From Neoechinorhynchus agilis (Eukaryota; Animalia; Acanthocephala): a stretch of 64,000 nucleotides of DNA. Of the stretch, positions 36,785 through 48,607 are shown one piece after another; the stretch's first letter is position 1; each line of letters begins with the position of its first letter. Location: the NCBI GenBank assembly GCA_051530055.1, contig CM121342.1:1150797-1214796 (forward strand). The letters run 5' to 3'. The position numbers and the translations under genes are program-made. The notes below the pieces were generated by a model that saw nothing but the letters and a program-made list of their open reading frames with translations, searched no databases and was not told the origin of the DNA.

Positions 36785-38270
36785 CGGTGGTTCAAGCTGG
36801 AGATGCTGGGAGCGCTGCGGAAGGACGTTAAACGGCGAAATACCTCGATTTATCCAGGGTCCATGTGTTTGCCCCTTTTGGGTTGAGACCTACGGATCTC
36901 TTGGTAGCGAGGCTCCTCAACTCCTGAGGGATCTGAAGCGACGCCTTGAGGTTATAACCGGTGATGCAAAGTCAGGTCAACACCTGGTTCAAAACATCAG
37001 CATCGTCGTGTTGAGAGGAGCAACTCAACCTCCTGAGTAGCTGCGTCTTGGATTAAAATGTAGAAGCTGAGATCGGCCGTATCATACCCAAACTTTCGTT
37101 GCTGTGCCATAGGGTGAGCGCTCTCTCGGCTCACGAAGCGTTATTTTTGATAAAGAACGCACTCTTTATTCCGAAATTGTTAATTCAAACACAAGGAAGG
37201 ATTGGCTAAGCCCGACGACAAGGTGAGGGCTTGTCTCGAGCGTATTTTAAATGTCCACCTCCCAGATGAGGTGTGCGACAATCTTCATTGCCTGTGTCAT
37301 CTGGGGGGGAACGGGCATTCGGGCGCTAGTAGCCCTTGCCAGCCTTTCTTGGATCGTATGAGGGGAGTCAACCAATAGTGAAGAAAATTTTGAGGTAAAT
37401 TTTTTGTCTTGACCAAGACTTTGTGGTGGCGGTTGAGGAATGGTGCCAGCAGACAGGCGCTAACCATGTTCCCGTGAATGGTCTCAGACAGCCGATCTGG
37501 GACAGACCTCTCGTCGCGAGAGCTCCCAGCTCTTTACTTTCAGGTTTTCGCGATGGGGTCGTCCGAGCTAGATTGTTCACGAGAATCGGGGCGTGGTTGG
37601 AGGCTGTTCCTCTGGCATCTGTGGGAACTCTTCTCACTGATGAGGTAACGAGTATCACAGCGTCCTTAAGGCTTGGTCTCCCGATATACACGCCGCTGTC
37701 GATGTGGGTCTTTGGTTGATGTTTTCGGGCGACACGGTCTCCTCTGCAGAAGGTCAGGAGGAAGGTTCTCACGCCATTCTGAGATCAATAGCGTAATTTC
37801 TCGGGCGTTGAGAACATCGAACTTTTCCAACATCTTGGAACCCACCCATCTTTGTCGACTGGACAATCGTCGACCTGACGGAATTTCGGTCTTTCCGTGG
37901 CGGGAGGGCAAATGCCTTCTCTGGGACGCCACGTTTGTGGACACTTTCGCAGTAAGCAACATTCCCTACTCTCTCGAAAAAGCTGGAGATGCAGCCTAAC
38001 CAGGGGCCCACTATTTTGTCCCCTTCGGATTAGAGACGTATGGAGCGCTTGGCAGCTCGGCACTCTCTCTGCTCCAGGATCTCTAGAAGAAATTGAGAGA
38101 AACGACCGGCGACGAACGAGCAGGTGTATTCCTGCGACAAAATATCTCGCTCGCAGTACAACGAGGCAATGTTGCTAGCGTGATAGAGACCGCCGAGTAA
38201 GGAGAGAAGCTCCAATTTTGCGGACGGTGGTGATTGCACGTTTTGTGCTTTATTATTGTAAAACCTTTTG
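36785..38270 (+). mobile_element. Rearranged CRE-clade 3' fragments, ending with a 3' UTR
   Basis: RHGLLCRRSGGRFSRHSEIN, RLDNRRPDGIS, LLWDATFVDT, FVPFGLETYGAL, AVQRGN; related to the 34215-36540 copy in opposite orientation. Confidence 0.85.
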
Positions 38271-38502
38271 CCGCTGAAAAAAACTTTTGGAAAAAATCGT
38301 AGTTTTATTTTATCCCAAGAAATTTGGTACTTTAAAATCCTCCTTAATTTCTAAGTATCGAATCTCCTTTTCAATTGCCTTCAAATATGAAATTGAGATT
38401 CCAAGCTTCTTTAAAATATCCGTCTCTTGAAAGATAAAATATTTGACACATTCCTATGAAAGAACTGGAAAATATAAGACTACGTTTAAGCGATCGAAGC
38501 AG

Positions 38503-40029
38503 ATGTCAATGTTCTGCGATTATTTGTCCAGTGAGATTTTAATCCACTCCATTCCTTGGGATGAGCCACTTCCCGTCCAAAAACGTTCGATGGAGCATAT
38601 CCATTCAGGCAAAAACGTGTTTATACGAGCTCGGACAGGTTCAGGGAAGACAGCAGCGTTCGCTTTACCAATTCTCGATAGAATGCTCACCCAAGACGAC
38701 ATCCGCCGAGCGGTGTTCCTTGCTCCAACCCGTGAACTCACTAATCAAATCAAATGCGTTTTGAACGCTTTGCTGGACGGATTATTATCGGCTAAATACG
38801 AAATCCGTCTGATTGACCTAAATGCATCGAATGAAGGTTACGAATCCTCACAAAAGGAGTTATTGATCGGTACACCTGCTAGATTCGCGTCCTTTTTAAA
38901 GACGAACAAAAATCGATTGGTCGATGTGTTGGTGATCGATGAAGCAGATTTAGTCATTGGAATGGAGCTTGATCGCGATTTGAAGAAGATTATCGAATCA
39001 TGCGGTCGACCCAATCAGCTTATTCTTGTTTCGGCTACTTTGGATAAAAAAGGTTCCGAGGAGTTTGCAGAGATGATAACGGGCGGACCTTCAGCGGCTG
39101 TTCATGTGTGCCAGAAACAATCACTTCCTGAGCAACTTGAACAATTTCGTATAGATTGCAATGAAGATCAAGACAAATACGTACTTCTCGTAGCTCTACT
39201 TAAACTAGGCATCCTCCAACCTCCACCTATGATTGTATTCACAAGTTCGACTAATCGATCATATCGGCTAAGGCTTGTTCTCGAGAGGTTTGGTCTCAAA
39301 TGCCTTACTCTAAATGCGGAGCTTCCTCGAGAATGTCAAATGCACACTGTCGACCAATTTAATCGTGGCGTTGTCGATCTTTTGATTTGTACGGATCAAC
39401 GAGGAGATCGTGGACATGTTTGTCCTCGCGGACTTGATTTCCGATCACTCACGTACGTCATCAATTTTGATTGCCCTTCAACGGTTACCGAATACGTTCA
39501 TCGTGTTGGTCGCGCTTGTCGTCTAGATGATAACGGAGCTGCTTTAACTCTTGTTTGTACCGAGCAGGAGCATAAAGCAATCAGTGATATTGAAGCGAAA
39601 CTCAAAGATCTAAAGATCTTTGCTTATCCACGGGAAGAGGTAAGCGCCTTTCAGTATAGAGTCCGGGACTCGCTTCAGATGGCTTCAAAAGCTGCTATTC
39701 GAAGAACGAGAGCTCAAGAACTTAGAACAGAAATGATCGCTAATGAGAAATTGGCGCGGTCTTATTGGGCAGGGAATTTACGCGAATTGGAGTTGTTGAA
39801 AGATTCAAGTCGACGAGTGCATCCATTACTAACATCTTCCCATCAAAAAGTGTTCAAACATGTACCTTCTTACATGGTGCCGAAGCATTTGAATGTAGTT
39901 ACGTCCACCTCGAAAAGACGCGTTGTGAAAAAGAAGAAAAGATTTAGTGGAGGACACAGTAAAAGAAGCTGTGATCCCATGATGAATCCGAAAAGAGCTT
40001 TAAAAAAGATGAAAGATGGAACCGTGTAA
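38503..40029 (+). CDS. DDX56: DEAD-box RNA helicase DDX56/DBP9, intronless
   Basis: ARTGSGKTAAF, APTRELTNQ, GTPAR, DEAD, SAT, RGLDF, YVHRVGRACR; DBP9-type C-terminus (FQYRVRD..A.IR..R..EL..E..NEKL, KHVPSYMVP); first ATG at 38503. Confidence 0.92.
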   Translation: MSMFCDYLSSEILIHSIPWDEPLPVQKRSMEHIHSGKNVFIRARTGSGKTAAFALPILDRMLTQDDIRRAVFLAPTRELTNQIKCVLNALLDGLLSAKYEIRLIDLNASNEGYESSQKELLIGTPARFASFLKTNKNRLVDVLVIDEADLVIGMELDRDLKKIIESCGRPNQLILVSATLDKKGSEEFAEMITGGPSAAVHVCQKQSLPEQLEQFRIDCNEDQDKYVLLVALLKLGILQPPPMIVFTSSTNRSYRLRLVLERFGLKCLTLNAELPRECQMHTVDQFNRGVVDLLICTDQRGDRGHVCPRGLDFRSLTYVINFDCPSTVTEYVHRVGRACRLDDNGAALTLVCTEQEHKAISDIEAKLKDLKIFAYPREEVSAFQYRVRDSLQMASKAAIRRTRAQELRTEMIANEKLARSYWAGNLRELELLKDSSRRVHPLLTSSHQKVFKHVPSYMVPKHLNVVTSTSKRRVVKKKKRFSGGHSKRSCDPMMNPKRALKKMKDGTV

Positions 40030-40377
40030 GCTTTTGTAGCTTTAAGAAAAACAAGTTTTTCGTTCTGAGGTGAAGATTTTTGTTTGTCGTTTAATTTAGT
40101 TCTTACAAAATTGCTTTCCCCTTTTTAAGAGCTGACATGCAAATAATGCAGCTGAGCCGTTTCAAACTCTAAGAAAATCTTACAAACCGACTAAAATTAT
40201 GCTGTTAAATCTAACGTTCTAAAATTTGTTGATTAAGCTTAAAAACTGATAAAACTTTATTCTAGTTCGCCGACAGATTTATACCAGTTTAATGTGAGTT
40301 TGAAAAAAATCGTCACATATTTATACTTATTCAATGTTTTCGTGTCACTTGATTTCGCATTTTTAGATAAGGTTCTA

Positions 40378-42646
40378 GCGATGTTCAACATAAAATCAGG
40401 TAAGAATTCGGTTAAACTTTGCTACATTAAAATGTTTCTTAGAGCATCGAGGAACATTCTATGTCACAGTTGGCATTTTCATACATCTTTTGATTTGTCC
40501 TTTCACAAAAGTCGAAGAAAGCTTTAATATTCAAGCAATTCACGATGTTCATAAATATGGATTTAATATAAAAAAGGTATTAAATTTTTTAATTTGTTTT
40601 GATTTTTGAAAAATAAAAAACACAGTATGACCATAAAGAATTCCCTGGAGTTGTGCCAAGAACATTTGTGGGATCGGTGCTTATCGGGATAATTCTGTAC
40701 CCATTAAAAGTGCTCCCGTTTATGAATGGATACATACTTCAAATATTGGGTAAGTATATGCATTTTAACTTATTTAAAATGTATCTTTAGCACGACTATT
40801 CCTGGGTTTATTCATCGCATTGGGCTTCTATAAATTCGCAAAGTCAATCCGAGAGGTCTTCGGAGATCATAGTTGCGAAATGATGTCTCTCATAACGGCT
40901 TCTCAATTCCATTTCTGCTTCTACGCATCACGGACAATTCCTAACATTTTCGCTTTATCAATAACGCTGATAGGAACGTCGTTCTGGATCGGACACATGT
41001 ATCGACTTTCTCGTCAAATGCCGATAATCGGGTTTATCGCCAGCGCTACATTCTCTATAATAGTGTTTAGATTTGACACGGCTCAATTTTTTGCGCCATA
41101 TTTTGTTATTGTATTAATCGATATCAAACGAGAATACGGTTTGTCTGGATCGACATTCTTGATTTTTATAGGAATTTTAATGACTCTGATAACAATAGGT
41201 ATTGCTTCTATTAATCTTTAAATAATTAATCAAGGTGTTCAGGTATTACCGTTGCTGTTGATAGTTTGTTATGGGGACGTCTTTTGTGGCCAGAAGCAGA
41301 AGTGTTCTACTTTAACGTGATTCTTAACCAAAGTCACAAATGGGGTGTATCCTTTTGATTCATTAACTTGCAATGTAAATTTTAAGACATTTTCATTGCT
41401 GTAAAACTGCTGGATTTCGTTCGCTTAGGATTAAAATAACGACGAAAAATATCCATACGTTGTAAAATGATTTTTAGGGAAATTTAAATTCATTGTATTA
41501 GACAAAAATCAAGAAAGCGTTCTAAAAATGATATTAATACACAGAGTCTATAAATACTAATTAATTCTCAATAAAAATAGATTACTTTTTATCGATGTTT
41601 GGAAAAAATCTCTGTGGTTTTCCAAAACCCTTCAATTGAAGCGTTTTAGCAAAAAAAATTTCTTCGCAAACCTTTTGTGACTGCAACGATTGATTTTCTA
41701 TACTTAAGAGGAAAATGAAATGAGTATCACTCAGAAATGAATGCATGCTTCCAGGTTTAAATTTTTGGCTGCCTGATAAATTTCCAAAGCGACAAAAGCA
41801 AAAAATATGATTATGCTCGTCTTAGAAACGTATCTAATATTCAAGCACATTTACCATTATAAAGATATAATCTTATTTTCCTTAAGCCTTAAAACATTAG
41901 ACCGAGCCATTTTTGTGGTACTTTTATTCGGTCCTTCCTAGAATGCTGCTTACAAGCATGATCTTACTACCAGTTGGATTATTGTTAGATCAACGACTGA
42001 AACTTTTGGTTGTGCCATCAATCATTTTCGTGTGCATATTCTCTTTTCTACCTCACAAAGAACTCCGGTTTATCATCTATACAATTCCGATTCTAAACAC
42101 AGCTATCGGGGTTGCGTTAGCTGCATGGTAAATTTTCATGCTGTAAGTTTCAAAGCCGAAACTCAATCTTCGTTTAGGTATAAACGATATCAGAAATCAA
42201 GGCAAACCTTTAAGAAGTTTATCTTGCCTATAGCATTCATTATTGCGAACATGGGTCTTACAGTCTTCTTTGTGGCGGCATCCAAAAATAATTATCCAGG
42301 AGCAGAAGCTTTATTGAGTTTAAAAACCGCTATACCTGGACGTGTATACGTAGGCAACATGGCTGCACAAACGGGAGTTACTCGATTCCTTGAGGATTAT
42401 ATGGGGCAAGGCTGGATTTTTAATAAAACTGAGGGACTTAGCGCGGATATTATAACTAACAATGGATTTGATTTTTTGTTAATGGATTATCCAGTAAATT
42501 TTTCTGGATGCAAAGAGTGTGAACAGTACACTTTGAGATGTTTAAAGTTTTCATTTGGAGGATTTGAACGGAATCTTAGTACGATCCTGCAGAACTTGGA
42601 TTTTATCAAAAGAGTGCCAAGTGTTGCCATCTACATGAAAAAATGA
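40378..42646 (+). CDS. ALG12: Dol-P-Man:Man7GlcNAc2-PP-Dol alpha-1,6-mannosyltransferase ALG12, multi-exon
   Basis: Spliced [16 protein letters not shown]|[14 protein letters not shown]; [13 protein letters not shown]; [30 protein letters not shown]|[14 protein letters not shown]; [12 protein letters not shown]; NYPGAEAL; [10 protein letters not shown]; canonical 41-50-nt introns. Confidence 0.95.
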
Positions 42647-42962
42647 AAATTTTATGTGGGTTTCAAAATAAAGTTTAAGCGAATGAAAAATGATGCTCTT
42701 TGGGATTCTTAGAAAGGCGAATAGGACCTTTGTAAACGGATTAGCGATAAATATGACATTTTATGTTAACGAAATTCGACACAATTAGTTTGACTTTATT
42801 GTTTAAAAATGACAAACCAACAAAACTCGATTATAAAATAAAGTCCCAATCTAGGTACAAAGATCATTTTATATGTTGGATTTAATTGTTATTTTTATGT
42901 AGTGATCAATTGAAGGTTATATTCATACGCTAATGCCCCGATCACAATACCATCGCGGCGTA

Positions 42963-43180
42963 TGCGTCAAACTACGGGAAAAGAGTCTAAACTTCGCCAG
43001 CTTTAGAGAAACAACAACTTAATGCCAGCGTTCAACTACGATAAGAACGAAACCGAACTTCGCCAGTTTTAGAAAAAAAACAACTTGGCGCTTCCGCTCA
43101 ACAACGGAAACAACGAGACCGAACTTCACCGTCTTTAGAAAAACAACAGCTTGGCGCTTGCGTTCCACGACTAAAAGAAC
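42963..43180. repeat. Minisatellite, ~3.3 copies of a 66-bp unit
   Basis: acttc(g/a)cc..(c/t)tttaga..aacaac..ctt recurs at 42991, 43057 and 43123. Confidence 0.75.
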
Positions 43181-43610
43181 GAGACAATGCCCCTTTTACC
43201 AAGTACTCAAAATTCCCCATCCGGCATATATCTGCTAGGTAGCCAGTCATCTTCTTTAGTGTTTCCCAATGTGTCACTGACACCCAACCAAGCGATGCAA
43301 AAGTTTTACAAACGTGCAAATTATTGTGTTTGATGAGTACACAATTGCTGCACTTATTATGCTACTTGGTAATGTTGAACGTCCTCGGCTGTAGGTAAAT
43401 TTAACAAAATATTCTAAAGGCAATGATGTTGGTTAAGAGAACCAAGCGGGCAACAAATGTAAAAATTGCTATACGTTTGTAAGAGGCAAAGGCTGTTAGA
43501 AAAGGCAAAAAAGCATTAAAACTAGAACTTGGTGATTCCATACAATATTGCATGGTCGTCATAGCAATCATTTTTATATTTCCTCAAACAAAATTGTATA
43601 TGGGATCACA

Positions 43611-45083
43611 ATGGAGTTTATTTTTGAATTAAAGAATGCTGATATTTCAACGCGAAGACGAGTAGAGGAAGTTCTTGAACCATTCGTGAACAAAGTGATG
43701 TTATCAAACCCTTCCAATGTTGCAGAATTTGGTTATGAGTATTTTAAAGCACTTCGCGTACAGCGTGATGATCAGCGACGGGATAATCGGAGCCGATTGA
43801 CAATCATTGGTGAATCATTTGATCCAACTACGGACCGTTTTGTTTTCAATGAGAAATTCGCAAAGTCCGCTAAAGATCGTCAACTCGTTTTACAAATTAT
43901 TCCACAGATATTTATGTTTTCACAGTGTTCAACTGATGAATTGAACATGATTCTAAAGCTGATGAAATCGACCAAGTTTAACAGGAACAGTGATATTATC
44001 TCTAAGGATGAATTTGTGTCGAATTTCTATATTGTATATGAATGTGTTGATTTTTGTCGTTCATAGATGTATTCCGATTTAAATCTGCGACATTTCCAGG
44101 TTACATCTTGATTAGCCGCCACTATAGTCGAAAAATTAAAAGGTGTTTAAAGTTTTTGAGCCGAACCTCATACACCCACAAATGGATTATTGGCCTATTT
44201 TTAGCCGTAAAAATTGTAAGTTTTATTGTGTTCTTCATAGAGCTGAATTTTTTGATTCTATTTTTTATATGTTTAGATACTTTGTGATCCAAAACATATC
44301 CACGTTTTTTATCTATAAGAAATACTTTTCGTTTTAGGGCACATAAACCCGTGCATAGGACTTAAATTCATTTAAGAAGGTTAACTCCACATTAAAGATC
44401 AAACGATACCCTAAAACCTAAAAAAATCTTCAAATTCAATAGCTGCAGGTGAAGTCGTGAGTCCTGAAACAAAGGAAAGATTCGAACGCGGAGCTTACTT
44501 TGAAGAAATGGCACTCATACATACCTACAAGAGTGATAAAAAAATCAAATCACATTCAAAATTCGTAAGGCTTTTACACCTCGATGGATTTTTGTTCCGG
44601 CGTTTAATAAGAACAAACGCTTATGAAAAGTATAGACAAAAAGCGGAAACGATTCGGAGAGTTCCTTTGCTGAAGGAGCTTACAGGTCTTGAGGTTACGC
44701 GAATCATCGATCTATTCGATGAGTGGAAATTCGGAAAAAACGAAAGGATTTGTAGAAAAGGAGATAGGAGTGACTGCGTTTTCTTTGTACTTGAAGGTTC
44801 TGTAGATTTACTAACTCAACAAGGGTCGGTAAGCACGAAATATAAAACTTGCTTACCGAACGATTACTTTGGTGAATTGTCTTTAATCTTCTATATTGAA
44901 TGGCAATATACTGCAGTGACAGGTGATGAAGGCGCAACTTTAATTGTGTTAGGTGTGGATTCATTTGAACGTTCTTTAGGGACTAAGTGTATTGAGATAA
45001 TGAAGAGAAATCGAGCGGAATTTGGAGAAATTATGCTTAAGATTAAGTCGGGGTTGTTAATTGATCCTCTTCATTTTCGATAA
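43611..45083 (+). CDS. PRKAR2-like: Divergent cAMP-dependent protein kinase type II regulatory-subunit-like protein
   Basis: RIIa D/D-like LEPFVNKVMLSNPSNVAEFGYEYFKAL; linker SRLTIIGESFDP; two cNMP-like domains (NFYIV..YFEEMAL; VPLLKEL..RIIDLF..YFGELSLI..SFERSLGTKCIEIMKRN); internal splicing uncertain. Confidence 0.75.
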
Positions 45084-45353
45084 AAAGTCTGTTTTTGCGT
45101 GGTAAAATTTTTTTTCCAATAAGCTAATTTAAGATTCCTCTAAAAATACTATCGATAAAGCTGAAAACAAAAGGGGACTATAACATAAAAAGACCCGAAT
45201 TCGCAAAGGACGCAGTATCTTTTCTTATAGTTTTGTTATTCATGGATATAATCAGCATCAAAATTGAATGCACAGTTAAAAATCCTTAAAAGACAAAGTC
45301 ATACATTTTTCACTTTTTTCACTAATCGTCTCTCTAAGCGGCTCCACGAAAGT

Positions 45354-48149
45354 TTACCTTTTAGGTGCCTGCTCACCTGAAGATCTTGCAAATCTAATGC
45401 CTGTTCCGAATCCTAGTCTACTTGAAGGCGAACTTTGAAGAAGACCCATCGACTGATCTGAAGAGTAAATATTGGGTAATTGGGAAATCGCTGAGGAGCT
45501 ACTGCTGAAAGGAGACATTGGTGAGTAGATGTTTCCAGAGACTCCAATTCCTGGTGCCGTTTGCTGACTTAAAGAAGACATCATGGGCATTTGTTGCCTC
45601 ATCATTGGCAGTCTGCTTAATGGAATTTCCCTTGTATTAACCATCTCCATTTCAGTCACATCCTGTTCTACGTTTTGTTGATGAATTGTAGTCGGTTGTG
45701 CATTAATATTCATCAAGCCTAAAGGCTGCATTAAACTAGCCATACCGCCCATAACTCCCATCGCAGGACTAAGCGGTATTTGTTGTCTCATCATTGGCAC
45801 TCTGCTTAATGGAATTTCCCTTGTACGAGTCATTTCAACTTCAGTCACATCCTGTTCTACGTTTTGCTGATGAATTGTAGTCGGTCGTCTATTAATATTC
45901 ATCAAGCCTAAAGGCTGCATTAACCTAGTCATACCGCCCATAAATCCCATCGCAGGACTAAGCGGTATTTGTTGTCTCATCATTGGCAGTCTGCTTAATG
46001 GAATTTCCCTTGTGCGAGTCATTTCAATTTCATTCACATCCTGTTCTACGTTTTGCTGATGGGCAAATCTCGCTTGTGGATTTAAATGACCCAGTTGGAC
46101 AAAAGTAGGAACATTGCGACTTCGTTGTCTCATCAATAGTGGTTGAATGTCTGAAAATGGGACGATAGGCGCATTTCTCATTGCTGGAGCAATCTGCCCA
46201 CTTGACGTTGGCACAATCCCTCGTGTATACGGGATTGGCACAATTTTATCAGTCCCAACAGGGACTGGGATTTTTCGCTCATACGGAATAGCGATGGGAG
46301 TATCGATTGGATAATATGATTTGACAATCCTGGGTACTGGCACAGCTTGATGCCTTACAACAGGAACCGGCACTGGTATACGTTTCTCGATGGGTATTGA
46401 GACTGGTTGTTTGATGATGTGGTAGTAAGGCACTTTTTGAACCAGAGGGACGGGTACCTGTTCAAATATGGGAACTTGAACTGGCACACGTGCCCGCACT
46501 GGAACGGCCACTTTCTCGTAAATAGGCACTTGAACCTGCATTTGTTTCACAATTGGAACAGGGATTTGCTTAATGACTTGAACAGGAGTCGGTACGTATT
46601 TATCAATCGGGATCGGAACCCTATTGAAGCGTTCCGTTGGGATATATATGTTCTTTGTGACAACAACGGGTACTTGATTGATCTTTTGAATCGGTATTGG
46701 AACATCCTTGTTCACAATGACCGGTACCGCTTTGTATTTTGGAATATGAATCCGCACTTCCTTTTCGACAGGGATCACAACCGGTTTGTAGTCAGTCACA
46801 TGATAAGGAACGTCTTTCACAATCGGAACAGGAATTGGTTTATCGATATAATGGGGAACTGGAACTGGTTTTGACACTTGTACTGTAAAAGGTTTCTTTA
46901 CGATTTGTGGAACTGGAATCGATCTTTCGACATAGTAGGGTTTCGCTCGATAAACCGGCACTTTATAAGTCACCGGGGTATCTATTGCTTTCACTACTGG
47001 TCGTTCCACTTTTATGTGGAGGGGAACATTCTTTGTTATGGGCGTAATAACCGGTCTCGATACAGTTATAGGCACCGGTACCTTTTTAGTGACAGGATAA
47101 AAAACCGGACGTGTGATGGGAATATCGATTTTAACATCTTTTACTTTAGGTCTTAGTCGCGTCTTGCCAATCAGTTGAATATTGTCGAGATTTGCAAATT
47201 TAAAATCGTCCTCCAGTACGACTTCCCCATGAGCCAAATCAAACGGTCGACTTTTGTCTTTGTCCGTGAATTTGTGCGAATTATCAAAATCTATAATAGT
47301 TTGATGATCCAACTCATTATCCTTGTTCAGTTCTGAGGTCTCGCCAAACGGTTTTTGTTCCTTGTTCATAAATGCTTGCAATTTTTCAAAATCTAAGTTT
47401 GCTTTAGCGTTGAATTCTGCTACTGGGTCTGATATTTGACCATAAGCGATCGGCTTCTTCATTATCATATTCGTCTGACCAAATCGATCCGTCGCTCCAA
47501 GGTCACCGATTGTCATAATTTTTCCACTTGGAACGTTATTAAAACTATGTCCCGAGCCAAAACCAAACTGTTCGCTTGATCCACCCAGATTCCCAATTAT
47601 GTGAGCAGTTTGAGCTCCTGGTCTGATTGCACCGAGAGGTCGCTGACCACTTTTATATACATTGACTGCGCCGTCGAAATTCTCCTGGCCACCAATTGTT
47701 AATATTTTTCCCGGCGGAATGTCATTAAAACTATGCCCTGATCCAAAAGCAAGATGTTCGCTTGATCCACCTAGGTCTCCAATTATGTGAGCAGCTTGAC
47801 CGTCTGGACCGATTGCACTTAAAGATTGCTGACCACTTTTATATACATTGACTACACCGTCGAAATTCTCGTGACCACCATTGTTGAAGTTTGACATTCT
47901 CAAGAATGGAGTTTGGAACGCGTTACCGAGACCAAACGATCCATCACTCATTTCTATTGCCTTTGCGATTTCTAACTCATTGCTCGTAAGAGCCGTCACA
48001 TCGTCAATGCGGTTTATTTGCTGAGCCACAGGCCAGCTATGGACTAAGATAAAATTTTAGTTGATGATTTCTTAAAAATAAGACCTACTTAATTGATTCA
48101 GTATTAAAAGTACAAAGAATAAATGACTGCTTATAGCATTCATGATCAT
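45354..48149 (-). CDS. Secreted Pro/Val-rich repetitive structural protein (~920 aa)
   Basis: Signal exon MIMNAISSHLFFVLLILNQL joined via a 45-nt GT-AG intron (48044-48088) to the 891-aa ORF; 2 x ~61-aa Gly-rich repeats, ~270 aa of VPVP/EKxVxVP repeats, 3 x HQQNVEQDV..EM..TREIPLSR.PMMRQQ repeats. Confidence 0.85.
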
Positions 48150-48313
48150 TGAAGTTTTGCACAAACGCAACAAAGGTTGAATGTTCGCCAACAATGTGCA
48201 TTTTATTTGCCTTATAGTAATTCGTCAAACGAAAAATCGATATTTGAATAAATGGCACCACCTATAGTTACAATTTGACTGTTTCGGGTTTTGAAGCTTT
48301 ATCAAGCGTTTCC

Positions 48314-48607
48314 ATGCGTTGGTTATTTCTTCAACTTATGGTTGTCGTTGCTCTCATCAGCTGCGGAATCGCAGAGGATGTGGATACTACTGACCATCCC
48401 AAAAACAGTCCTACGGGGACCGCAAAAACAAGACATCGATCAACTGAATCAGAAATGTTCCTTACTTTTGCTCCTGGTCACGATTCTCAATCTGATGAGT
48501 CCAGAAACAATTATCCGGAGGAAGGGAAAATATCGACTGATACTGAAGACGTTAGAATTTGCGTCCTATATAAAGGTGGCAAATGTAAACGAAATGCTAG
48601 GGAATAG
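48314..48607 (+). CDS. Small secreted protein / candidate peptide precursor (97 aa)
   Basis: Signal peptide MRWLFLQLMVVVALISCGIA, acidic spacer, then R-ICVLYKGGKC-KR. Confidence 0.55.
   Translation: MRWLFLQLMVVVALISCGIAEDVDTTDHPKNSPTGTAKTRHRSTESEMFLTFAPGHDSQSDESRNNYPEEGKISTDTEDVRICVLYKGGKCKRNARE

Noticed and set aside
46407-47156. Plus-strand ORFs of 155 and 92 aa
   Set aside because: Antisense shadows of the Pro/Val repeat coding sequence.
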